From Trueperaceae bacterium (GTDB lineage Bacteria > Deinococcota > Deinococci > Deinococcales > Trueperaceae): a stretch of 64,000 nucleotides of DNA. The notes beneath the pieces are model-generated. The model worked only from the letters and a program-made list of their open reading frames with translations. It had not been told where the DNA came from and did no database searches. A program made the translations under genes and the position numbers. The stretch spans positions 160,001-224,000 of the forward strand of contig JAXHNB010000006.1 of the NCBI GenBank assembly GCA_034520945.1, written 5' to 3'. Positions 52,401-59,176 of the stretch are shown piece after piece (position 1 is the first letter of the stretch; each line of letters begins with the position of its first letter).

Positions 52401-52484
52401 GCCCGAGACGAGGGCGACCAGCACCACGAGGAAGCGGCGAGCCGCTCGGCCCATTCGCTTCGATTGGTTCGGCGTAAGATACAT
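40473..52484 (-). CDS. Giant (about 4000 aa) secreted surface protein of tandem DUF11/isopeptide-type Ig-like repeats with a C-terminal SdrD-B-like domain
   Basis: Signal peptide (RRFLVVLVALVSGLALAQ); repeated K(S/R)...GE.V.Y...D.LP.GL...N.A modules; acidic DPDPDGDGDP linkers; GRVYLDVNGDG...TTDVEGRYAF near the C-terminus. Start ATG 52484 with TACACT 9 nt upstream (alternative ATG 52454). Confidence 0.88.
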   Translation of the reverse strand: MYLTPNQSKRMGRAARRFLVVLVALVSGLALAQPPAVDVELSSPGAVPLGGTSTLVASFDGRDATGYGPFIDLIVPVTGMDGDDGVDDGVSVTGARYLGSNVAYTVVDFEDDGTGSAVAEHPLLVDDTGQPVMVPAPAGYGVGDALVVIEPPFGSVTPGQPPIDVEVDLELSNLADLTPSLEIQGRGGFFLGGNALDNPDDDPQVVQEIEQAATSLVEPRVLTASKSYSGPENETAIGKNFPRQYRLTVDIPDGQTVADLVLTDVLPGNLAFLAVDDDGGGSVELAPLAHEKGGTLEVAFGSLTGDPGVDAEVTFSFYVPLTDADGVPSGDQGNKKQATNTLAVDGTWEPFDTRDATEQLSAADDHVLQLVNNEGEDVQPVNGLLTVQKRASLDTDQGATGPTPGDRVEYVVDIQISDDSAFDELVVTDDLGDGLAFVDDPSPEVTLNTGAGAGGTITIAASETSNVDDGTTTLTFDVSTALDDADIDGAEDGRVLGGCVPPSGGTVDCNAYDAGPTTLTLTFLADIMETYRKAPASDETTVVQGDVLTNDVAARGEILDPSDLTTTRQTDDDTSSASVRVPTPTLGKALYAIDGVLAPEPPEFAPGSSVTYRLTLDLPTSDFEDLEIRDYFPLPVFDVDSLPGSLDFVTDAGAVPTAGAWAYGPTHDFSSDPTVSVHAATNSVAFDFDSNNDAGSNPSTIDLLITLRTEDAAFSDRLLLTNLGSARASTSDSTTQNLASDAIVQVVYTRPELNVSKGVVAVTNSQLDSQPTFPFPSTSITSTTNRDAFDQDLSGVDAGDVITFAIIVENTGSGVGGARDVIVADDLPAGLTIGDASNLKVRAGNDTPLATSDTLSDLFGAGLEIDDVLAPGVVDGAPTSDGSNIAVITYRVTLPDTVTPSTDYANTSTIESFAGREDGTNLAPALRPSDDATVTTDEPSISKSVVATSEAHTSGSDVTIGEIVRYEVDVVVPEGTTEGLVIEDQLPDGLTAVDVPDTVKVTTRNGLGGVTVSSDDITYDAGAHQLRINVGDVVNSDNDADDEILTVEFNALVENVASNQDTDVLQNSVTAETSTTSSGPAQESVTVREPLPTVDKSVVGAATGDANDTPTFEIVVTGGNTAAFDLQLTDIVPTPLTVTNVSITTTTIDNAPNITDNSSGNTIDLTIDRLDPGEKVTVTVDTTVQIGAEPSEQIVNTANLTFTSLPGEGTADNGTGSQAGDPGTAGGERTGSGTSPNPPNDYTRSGTATFDVRSPQAAKLLIDTSESRTQGSDVAIGEVVRYELEVVVPEGTSSNLTVRDDLPLGLAPINLDSTLTIDTTNFDDTATFGSPSPTAQESDDTPKPGRTRLEFDFGEVVNNDSDPDDETILIEFDVLVLNVAPDTSGTTFAAGATFANRFDVLVGGTVRATSASEDVTLVEPDLTLSSDVVSTDGVGTIDASGDLSGADARDEAVLDFVIANDGDADAFELVLDETLPAGLELVSVTTANVPAYVTADTSSSSTATGTVSVSIDELHVGDDVTVKIRVRLTGDATPGDIITTTPSVRYTGLLGNGSRTPGASGDDDGERNGSDGDLGNEDPNDYVANGISQITVRNLAIRKSIVGTSEPSTQAGTDATDATIGEIVRYRLEVDVPEGETPGLTVVDDLPDGLTAVDNLEGSAAVTPEGFQNTPTFGVSANPIPTTSNDGATITFDFGVVTNADDDAGTETLRIEFDVLVARPAEDGDTLDNEAAVRSDGSDAATAEPVTVDVVEPDLGTPVKSLVTAPTDAGDAVQYELTFKNTGTATAFDVAVTDPLDPLLERADAALPAAAVTSTVSPAPTITTDDSDATKVNLVLDAIDPDETVTVTIDATVIATAPAGGSIANQAKVAYDSLPGTGTSMSDGDNETFSEASDGDQASYGPTYSNEVTTSLAEPTVSKSVDPATAPVGAPVAFTVTVTLPEGITRDLVLSDTLPTGLGYLSHSVDAGAFGGTLPTPSETVPGSSDSGGTFSLDFGDVTATANDDATDDTFDVVVTARVLDETGVTRGSELTNDVSLSFTDPESDGGTPEATATLTIEEPELTVTKEIVAVTGNGTASDGDASSLDVGDEVEYLVTIAHTSDSDATAYDLAVTDDVPAGLTLATPTASDVTAPSGATVDLARSDADTVGVDVSDLPEGETVTITYRATLDAGSTASATITNTAGLGYQSLADDDEPEQRSYATDDSASATTADPTLGVAKRLVDGPMPAPNADGTYDLEFVFTLENLGDVSLADVGLTEDLDATFGPAGPSWEITSLTATGSLTEAGGVVGATTGDGAQQLLDAASSTLAIGASATVTLGVLVTPDAPTDLANYDNAATGSATSEGGIDAPDDVSTDGNDPDPDGDGDGDPTEQDPTPVVLADDENLSLSKAAPATFDFGDGAEDNPRNNGDGTYDLAYTLTLTNTGDVDLTNVQITDDLSATFDDAANTSILDLDSSTLGVNDTYDGDTDQGLLAPNQALDVGQTTTITLTLRITPAADLGPYDNDASATGTTPSGGTADDTATAPSTTFDESPAIGIAKAVPTSFDFGGGAEDNPHNNGDGTYDLAYTLTLTNTGDVDLTNVQITDDLSATFDDAAGYTVLGLASPDLDVNDGTNGYDGDTDQGLLAPNQTLDVGQTATITLTLRITPAADLGPYDNQASAEGTSPANVQVTDDSVAGTDPDASGNGDPGDDAGPTPVTFAEAPALTLAKNAPDTFAFGGGAAEPNPRNNGDGTYDLAYTLALENTGDVSLAGVQANDDLTGTFADATSFTVLSLASPDLDVNGAYDGDSDTGLLAPNQSLDVGDTATLTLTVRITPAADLGPYQNQATAEGTSPADIQVTDDGDAETTFREDPRIGVAKRFVELAAVDGSPGVFDVTFAFVLGNYGDVPLQDVGLEDDLATSLQNSAYTIQALTADGGLVPNAALVGQSDPAGTLQLLDTTQSALPGPTGGAVPTGTVTLTLRVTPDDPSADYENTAVASGEGPGETPTDDDSVAGEDPDPDENGDPGDDASPTPFTFESPALGLAKRVAAAENLGDGRYRIELRFTLVNFGDVPLSDLSIQDDLQGQYAAVEAIEEVRGVDGDLTTTGDAYDGAAGSELLAPGQTLPVGASYEAAVEVVVRPGTALADGELLLENRADAGGTSPGGQRVEDASNDGSDPDQGDPDGGDASLNGDGDPTNNAGPTPVTLREAPALTLSKTVPERYAFDGGTGANPRNNGDGSYDLAYRLDVENTGDVELRDLRIDDDLATAFAAADAVEVLRVEASGLDPNAGYDGVSTTNLVADGQTLAAGASATVDLVLRVTPGRDLGPYVNDAQASGTSPAGTGTEDDATGPAVTFTENPVLGVAKRVPATFDFGDGPTANPSNERDGRYTLAYRFVLENLGDVDLDAVGLRDDLETTFGEDKARVLEVRADAPLVAAESYDGAQRVGLLASSSTLAVGERATVTLIVEVTPGSDLGPYENRADATGRSPADQPVRDDSVDGADPDPDGDGDPDERGPTEVTFPESPVLGVAKDASVRRVADGSYRATFTLTLENLGDIDLRDLSIQDDLRVFYERAGLGADRIRVESDDLDVSPDFDGRDRDELLAPGQTLPFEARATITIVLEGLRPSEGTSTLENLAFASGRAPSGAPTDDASAPGLDPDPDGDGDPGGPGEDEPTDVPFDDELALLLEKRAGEGPFQVGERVPYTVWISNPGDEAIVFDLVDTPPERTAWVEGSAHLTPEPGGEARPDRSPIDGREVLVWRDLRLRPGGSLEVGYELRVLPGAEGEMRNLAVAYGGSEGGGPVTSNEAAVVVTIDQGVFDRERTLLLGRVYLDVNGDGAYDPDIDAPLPDARVLLASGVQTTTDVEGRYAFREVERGVWAVRLDRRTAPFAPAPHPEAVGDGFLHRVRVEGVTVSDFPLVPRAGLADTVRTTRLSQGPITVDKRHVPIEEGIRVVLEVRVASPTGDVVLVDPRPGDGRSSRFEIPAGTDTVTFHYDLPPESPMTDPYLEWSER
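43940..45310 (-). repeat. Three tandem near-identical ~450-500 bp domain repeats within the giant gene
   Basis: 44691-44792 is identical to 45141-45242 (102 bp), and 44508-44566 is identical to 44967-45025. All three units encode NNGDGTYDLAYTL...GLLAPNQ.LDVG...RITPAADLGPY. Confidence 0.9.
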
Positions 52485-52720
52485 AGTGCCGGAAGTGTAC
52501 GCCGGCCAGCATGACACGAAAGTCACATGATACTGGGGGCCAGGAACGGGCAACCTCGTGGGGCGTCGACCGATTCGTCGATGGGTTCGAGGGCCTAGGA
52601 TCGGTGCGTCTCGATGATTCGGTAGAGGAGCTTGCCGAGAGCGAGCGCCGCGATCGGTTCCGCCCGTCGTGCTGCCCGAACGGTATGCTACTGGCACGAC
52701 TGGTTGGGAGGCTTTTCGCG

Positions 52721-53719
52721 ATGACCCACTCCGTTCCCGCGAGCTCGGATCGGGCGCCGGCGGTCGCACCGGCGACCCGCAACCCCGGTGTGCCGTTCGA
52801 CGCTGCCTGGTTCGAGGAGGCGCGCGTCAATCGCTCCGCGACGCAGCGGCGCGCCACCACGCTCGCCCCCCGCCGCAGTGTCAAGAAGGACCACCAGGCC
52901 GCCTGGTTGTTGCGCGCCGTGACGATGATCGACCTGACCACCCTGGCCGGCGACGACACCGCCGGGCGGGTGCGCCGCCTGTGCGCCAAGGCCCGCCGGC
53001 CCGTCCGGGAGGACCTGCTGGCCGCGCTGGGCATGGCGGACGCCGGGTTGACGGTCGGCGCCGTGTGCGTCTACCCCACCATGGTCCCGCACGCGGTGCG
53101 GGCGCTGGAGGGAAGCGGCGTGCCCGTGGCGTCGGTCGCCTCGGGGTTCCCGAGCGGCCTGATGCCGATGCCGCAACGCCTGGCGGAGGTGCGTTGGGCC
53201 GTGGACGCCGGCGCCGCCGAGATCGACGTGGTGATTACCCGCGAGCTGGTGCTCACCGGACGCTGGGAGGCGCTGTACGACGAGGTCGCGGCGTTCCGGG
53301 ACGCGGTCGGCGAAGCGCACCTGAAGGTGATCCTCGCCACCGGCGAGCTCGGCACGCTCGCAGAGGTGTACAAGGCGTCCATGATCGCGATGATGGCCGG
53401 CGCCGACTTCGTGAAGACCAGCACCGGCAAGGAGCCGACCAACGCCACCCTGGAGGTCGGCCTGGTGATGTCGCGCGCGGTGCGGGCGTACCAGGAACGC
53501 ACCGGCGTCCGCGTCGGCTTCAAGCCGGCCGGCGGGATCCGGCAGGCCAAGGAGGCGCTCGCCTGGCTGGCGCTCATCAAGGACGAACTCGGCGACGCTT
53601 GGCTTACGGCCGACGCATTCCGGTTCGGCGCGTCCAGCCTGCTGGGTGACATCGAACGGCAGCTCGAGCACCACGTCACCGGCCGCTACGCCGCCGCGCA
53701 CCACCAACCGCTGGCCTGA
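52721..53719 (+). CDS. deoC: Deoxyribose-phosphate aldolase (long type)
   Basis: IDLTTLAGDDT, AVCVYP, EIDVVI, LKVILATGEL, GADFVKTSTGK, GFKPAGGI, FRFGASSLL. GGGAGG RBS and TATGCT box upstream. Confidence 0.95.
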   Translation: MTHSVPASSDRAPAVAPATRNPGVPFDAAWFEEARVNRSATQRRATTLAPRRSVKKDHQAAWLLRAVTMIDLTTLAGDDTAGRVRRLCAKARRPVREDLLAALGMADAGLTVGAVCVYPTMVPHAVRALEGSGVPVASVASGFPSGLMPMPQRLAEVRWAVDAGAAEIDVVITRELVLTGRWEALYDEVAAFRDAVGEAHLKVILATGELGTLAEVYKASMIAMMAGADFVKTSTGKEPTNATLEVGLVMSRAVRAYQERTGVRVGFKPAGGIRQAKEALAWLALIKDELGDAWLTADAFRFGASSLLGDIERQLEHHVTGRYAAAHHQPLA

Positions 53720-54282
53720 TGTTCCTCCTTCCGATCGACGACGACCTCGCACTATGGCTGTTGGAGCACCGTCACGCCGAGCCGTTGTTCGCACGGGTGG
53801 AGGAGAACCGCGACGAGCTCGGCCGCTGGCTGCCCTGGGTGGAGACCACCCGCAGTCCCGACGACGTGCGCGCCTTCATCGAGCGCGGCCTTGCGCGCTT
53901 CGCCCGCGGCGACGGCTTCGAAACCGGCATCGCGCTGCACGGTCGCCTGGTCGGTTGCCTCGGGCTGCACTACGTCTCCCGGCCCGAAGGCTGCACCGAG
54001 ATCGGCTTCTGGTTGGCGCGCGAGGCGCAAGGCGCCGGCGTGATGAGCCGCGCGGTGGCGGGCCTGTTGCCGCACCTCTACGACGACCTGGACCTGCGCC
54101 GCGTCGAGATCCGCTGCAACCCCGCCAATGAAGACGCCCGCGCCGTGCCCGAACGCCTCGGCTTCCGTGAGGAGGGGGTGCTACGCCAGGTCGGATTCAG
54201 CGATGGCCAACCGTACGACCACGTGGTGTACGCCCTTCTCCGCGACGAATGGAAGGAACGCTTTGATGAAGCCACCCACTAG
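53719..54282 (+). CDS. RimJ/RimL-family GNAT N-acetyltransferase
   Basis: WLPWV, EIGFWLAREAQGAGVM, RVEIRC...N...VPERLGFREEGVLRQ. TGATG overlap with deoC. Confidence 0.9.
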   Translation: MFLLPIDDDLALWLLEHRHAEPLFARVEENRDELGRWLPWVETTRSPDDVRAFIERGLARFARGDGFETGIALHGRLVGCLGLHYVSRPEGCTEIGFWLAREAQGAGVMSRAVAGLLPHLYDDLDLRRVEIRCNPANEDARAVPERLGFREEGVLRQVGFSDGQPYDHVVYALLRDEWKERFDEATH

Positions 54283-54291
54283 GATGCGCCC

Positions 54292-56685
54292 ATGCCGAGC
54301 GTGAAGGAGATCTTCGACACCATGGCGTACGGCCCCGCCCCCGAGAGCGCCGACCCCGCCCACGCCTGGCTGGACGCGCAAGGCCGCCGCTTTGGGCACG
54401 CCATCGGCGGCGCGTTCGAGGCGCCGGGCGAGCGCACCTTCGAAAGCCGCAACCCCGCCACCGACCAGGTGCTGGCCGTCGTCACCGACGGCAGCGCCGA
54501 GGACGTCGGTCGCGCCGTGGACGCTGCCCGCGACGCCTTCCCGGCCTGGTCGGGGCTCCGGCCGCACCAGCGCGCCCGGCACCTGTACGCCCTGGCCCGC
54601 CACGTCCAGAAGCACGCACGCTTCCTGTCCGTCCTCGAGACGCTGGACAACGGCAAGCCGATCCGCGAGAGCCGCGACATCGACGTGCCCCTCGTGGCGC
54701 GCCACTACTACCACCACGCCGGCTGGGCCCAACTCCGCAACGATGCGTTCCCCGGATTCGAACCGATCGGGGTGTGCGGTCAGATCATCCCCTGGAACTT
54801 CCCGCTGCTGATGATGGCGTGGAAGGTCGCGCCCGCCCTCGCCGCCGGCTGCACCGTCGTGCTGAAACCGGCCGAGCACACGCCGCTGACCGCCCTGGCG
54901 TTCGCACGCATCGCCCGCGAGGCGGGACTCCCGGACGGCGTGCTCAACGTGGTGACCGGCGCGGGCGACACCGGCGCCGCCCTGGCCGCGCATCCTGGCA
55001 TCGACAAGGTCGCCTTCACCGGCTCGACCGAGGTCGGCCGCCGCATCCGCCAGGCGACCGCCGGCAGCGGCAAGGGGCTCACCCTCGAACTGGGCGGCAA
55101 GTCGCCGTTCGTGGTGTTCGCCGACGCAGACCTGGACGGCGCGGTCGAAGGCGTCGTGGACGCGATCTGGTTCAACCAGGGCCAGGTGTGCTGCGCCGGC
55201 AGCCGCCTGCTGTTGCAGGAGGGGATCGCCGACGACTTCGTGGCCCGCCTCAGGCGCCGCATGGAGACCCTCCGGGTCGGCGACCCGATGGACAAGGCCG
55301 TCGACATGGGCGCCATCGTGGCGCCGGTCCAACTGGACCGCATCCGCGAACTGGTCGCCCAGGGCGAGGCCGAGGGCGCGCAGTGCTGGCAGCCGTCGTG
55401 GGCGGTGCCGCAGGAGGGCCTGTTCTACCCACCGACGCTGTTCACCCACGTCGACCCCGCCTCCACCCTGAACCAGGTCGAGATCTTCGGACCCGTGCTG
55501 GTGTCCACCACCTTCCGGACGCCCCATGAGGCGATCGAGCTGGCCAACGACACCCGCTACGGCCTGGCGGCCAGCGTGTGGAGCGACGACGTGAACCTCG
55601 CCCTGCACGTCGCGCCCCGACTCGAGGCCGGCGTGGTGTGGGTCAACGGCACGAATCAGTTCGACGCCGCCGCCGGCTTCGGCGGCGTGCGCGAGTCCGG
55701 CTTCGGTCGCGAAGGCGGCCGCGAGGGGATGTACGCCTACCTGCAGGGCCCCGCCGAGCGCGGCCTGCCCGCCTACGCCGACGACGCCTTCGCGGCATCG
55801 CCCCAGGCCGCCATCGGCGCCGGCGCGCCCAGCAGCGACGCGATCGACCGCACCCCGAAGCTGTACATCGGCGGCAAACAAACCCGCCCCGACGCGACCT
55901 ACGTCTACCCGGTGCAGGGCCCGGACGGCGCCCACCTGGGCGAGGCGGGCCTGGGCAACCGCAAGGACGTCCGCGACGCGGTCGAGGCCGCCCGCAAGCA
56001 GACCGGCTGGGCCGGCGCCGCCGCCCACCAACGCGCCCAGATCCTGTACTACCTGGCCGAGAACCTCGCGGTCCGCGAGGACGACTTCGCGGAGCGCATC
56101 CGCGCCATGACCGGCACGAATGGGGCCAAGGCCCGCCGTGAGGTGCAGCTGTCGGTCGAGCGGCTGTTCACCTACGCCGCCTGGGCCGACAAGATGGACG
56201 GCGATGTGCACGCCGTGCCGATCCGCGCCGTCACGCTGGCGATGAAGGAGCCGTGGGGCGTCGTCGGCCTGACCTGCCCCGACGAGGCGCCGCTGCTGGC
56301 GCTGGTGTCGCTGGCCGCGCCGTTGCTGGCCATGGGCAACCGGGTGGTGGCGGTGCCGTCGCCGCGCTGGCCGCTGGCCGCGACCGACCTGTACCAGGTG
56401 CTCGACACCAGCGACCTTCCCGGGGGCGCCCTGAACCTGATCACCGGCGACCGCAGTGAACTCGGCCGCGCGCTGGCCGGCCACGACGACGTGCAGGCGA
56501 TGTGGTACGTCGGGCCCGTCGGCGGCTGCGCCGAGGTCGAACGCCTGTCGGCCGGCAACCTCAAGCCCACCTGGACCAACCTCGGACGCCGCATCGACTG
56601 GTTCGACGACGCCCGCGCCAGCGGCGAAGCCTGGCTGCGCCGCGCCTACCGCGTCAAGAACGTCTGGGTCCCCTACGGGGTCTGA
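54292..56685 (+). CDS. Aldehyde dehydrogenase with extra C-terminal ALDH half (ALDH16-like)
   Basis: IIPWNFP, KPAE, FTGSTEVG, LELGGKSP, NQGQVCCAG, EIFGPV; followed by a second truncated ALDH-like region without a catalytic Cys motif. Confidence 0.92.
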   Translation: MPSVKEIFDTMAYGPAPESADPAHAWLDAQGRRFGHAIGGAFEAPGERTFESRNPATDQVLAVVTDGSAEDVGRAVDAARDAFPAWSGLRPHQRARHLYALARHVQKHARFLSVLETLDNGKPIRESRDIDVPLVARHYYHHAGWAQLRNDAFPGFEPIGVCGQIIPWNFPLLMMAWKVAPALAAGCTVVLKPAEHTPLTALAFARIAREAGLPDGVLNVVTGAGDTGAALAAHPGIDKVAFTGSTEVGRRIRQATAGSGKGLTLELGGKSPFVVFADADLDGAVEGVVDAIWFNQGQVCCAGSRLLLQEGIADDFVARLRRRMETLRVGDPMDKAVDMGAIVAPVQLDRIRELVAQGEAEGAQCWQPSWAVPQEGLFYPPTLFTHVDPASTLNQVEIFGPVLVSTTFRTPHEAIELANDTRYGLAASVWSDDVNLALHVAPRLEAGVVWVNGTNQFDAAAGFGGVRESGFGREGGREGMYAYLQGPAERGLPAYADDAFAASPQAAIGAGAPSSDAIDRTPKLYIGGKQTRPDATYVYPVQGPDGAHLGEAGLGNRKDVRDAVEAARKQTGWAGAAAHQRAQILYYLAENLAVREDDFAERIRAMTGTNGAKARREVQLSVERLFTYAAWADKMDGDVHAVPIRAVTLAMKEPWGVVGLTCPDEAPLLALVSLAAPLLAMGNRVVAVPSPRWPLAATDLYQVLDTSDLPGGALNLITGDRSELGRALAGHDDVQAMWYVGPVGGCAEVERLSAGNLKPTWTNLGRRIDWFDDARASGEAWLRRAYRVKNVWVPYGV

Positions 56686-56700
56686 GCGCGCGGCGCCGGG

Positions 56701-57416
56701 TCAGAGCGACAGGTAGGCCTCGCGCACGGCCGCGTCGCGCAGGAGCTCCTCGCCGCTGCCGCGCCTTCGCACCTCGCCCGTCTCCAGCACGATGGCCTGG
56801 TCGGCCAGGCGCAGGGACTGCTGCACGTTCTGCTCGACCAGGACGACGGTGACCCCTTGCGCGTGCACGTCGGCCAAGGCGCGGAACACGGTGCCGACCA
56901 GGGCAGGGGCGAGGCCGAGGCTGGGCTCGTCCACCAGCAGGAGCCGTGGCCGGCCCATCAGCGCACGACCGATGGCCAGCATCTGCCGTTCGCCGCCGGA
57001 CAGGGTGCCGGCGAGCTGCTTCTCGCGCTCCTGCAGGCGCGGAAACAGGTCGTAGATCCACGTGCGGGTTTCGGCGACGTGCCGGCGCGCGCCCTCCAGG
57101 TAGTCGGCGCCGGCCTCCAGGTTCTCGCGCACCGTCATCGCCGGGAACAGCTGCCGGCCTTCGGGGACGTGCCCGACGCCGAGGCGGACGATGCCGGCGG
57201 CACTGACGCCGGCCAACGGGCGGCCGAACGCCGCGACGTGGCCGCCCCGAACGGGGATCAGCCCGGAGATGGTGCGCAGCAGGGTGGTCTTGCCGGCGCC
57301 GTTGGCGCCGATCACCGTGGTGAAGCTGCCTTCGGGCACGCGCAGATCGACGTCCCACAGGACCTGGATCTTGCCGTACCCGGCGCACAGCGCCGTGACC
57401 TCGAGCGCGGGGGCGT

Positions 57417-57420
<4 letters not shown>
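56701..57420 (-). CDS. livF: Branched-chain amino acid-type ABC ATPase
   Basis: GANGAGKTT, VPEGRQLF, LSGGERQML, DEPSLGLAP, LVEQN. Confidence 0.93.
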
Positions 57421-58168
<748 letters not shown>

Positions 58169-58172
<4 letters not shown>

Positions 58173-59176
58173 CGCGGGCCTCCCGGGCGGCGGACGCGCC
58201 GAGCCAGGCCGCGCACCAGGCCGACGATGCCGCGCGGCATGTACAGGATCGACAGCACCAGCACCAGCCCGTAGCCGATCAGGTAGCCCTCGGAGAAGGT
58301 TCGCTTGAGGGTCTCTTCGAGCCCCGTGAGCAGGCCGGCGCCCAGGATCGGGCCGAGGGTGGTGTACAGGCCGCCGAAGATGGGGGTGACCAGGGCGAAC
58401 ACGGTGGTGTGGACCGCGAAGGCGGCTTCCGGCACGACCGAGCCGATGCGGTGGGCGTGAAGCGCACCCAGCGTGCCGACCCCCACGCTGGACAGCGCGA
58501 ACGCCAGGATCTTGGTGCGGGCGGGCCGGACGCCCATCACGGCGGCGACCGCTTCGTTGGTGCGGATGGCGGTGAAGGCGTGGTTCAGGCGGGAGCGGCG
58601 GGTGTACAGGCTCATCACGATCACGAACAGCAGCAGCGCGGCGTACGCCAGGAAGTAGCCTTCGTTGCGCAGGAAGGCGATCTCCCACCGTTCCATCTCG
58701 CCGGGCACGAAGGCGGGCCGGAACAACGCCGGCACGTTGAGGCCGGCCGCGCCGCCCGCGATGCCGGTGGGAAGCTGTCGCACCACCGCGCGGAGCACCT
58801 CCGCGAAGGCGAGCGTGGCGATCGCGAAGTAGATGCCGCGCAGCCGGAGCGTGACCATGCCGAGTGGGACGGCCAGCAGGACCGCTACGAGCCCGCCGAG
58901 CGGAATCCCGACCCATAGGGCGGTCACGTCCTGGCGGGCGAGGATGGCGGTGGTGTACGCGCCCGCGCCGTAGAAGGCCGCGTGCGCCAGCGACAGCTGC
59001 CCGGTGCGGGCCAGCAGGTCCCAGGTGAGCGCCAGCACCATCAGGCCCAGCGCGTTGGTGGCCAGCGAGAGGTAGCTGACCGAGGCGCGGCCGTACGCGC
59101 CACGCAACAGGTCGGGCAGGAACCAGAGCACCGCGGCGAACGCCAGCACGGTCAGGAGGTCACGGCCGAGCTTCAT
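58169..59176 (-). CDS. livM: Branched-chain amino acid-type ABC permease
   Basis: GQLSLAHAAFYG, RLRGIYFAIATLAFAE, AIRTNE, GPILGA. Confidence 0.92.

Noticed and set aside
52485..52720. c-di-GMP riboswitch upstream of the adhesin
   Set aside because: The class I core motifs (GGCAAAC / GACGCAAAG-like) were not found by eye, and the leader appears very short. An Rfam scan would be decisive.
52485..52769. 95-aa N-terminal extension of the adhesin ORF (and the 52511 start for deoC)
   Set aside because: The extensions would overlap the divergent gene. The signal peptide, -10 boxes and RBS support starts at 52484 and 52721.
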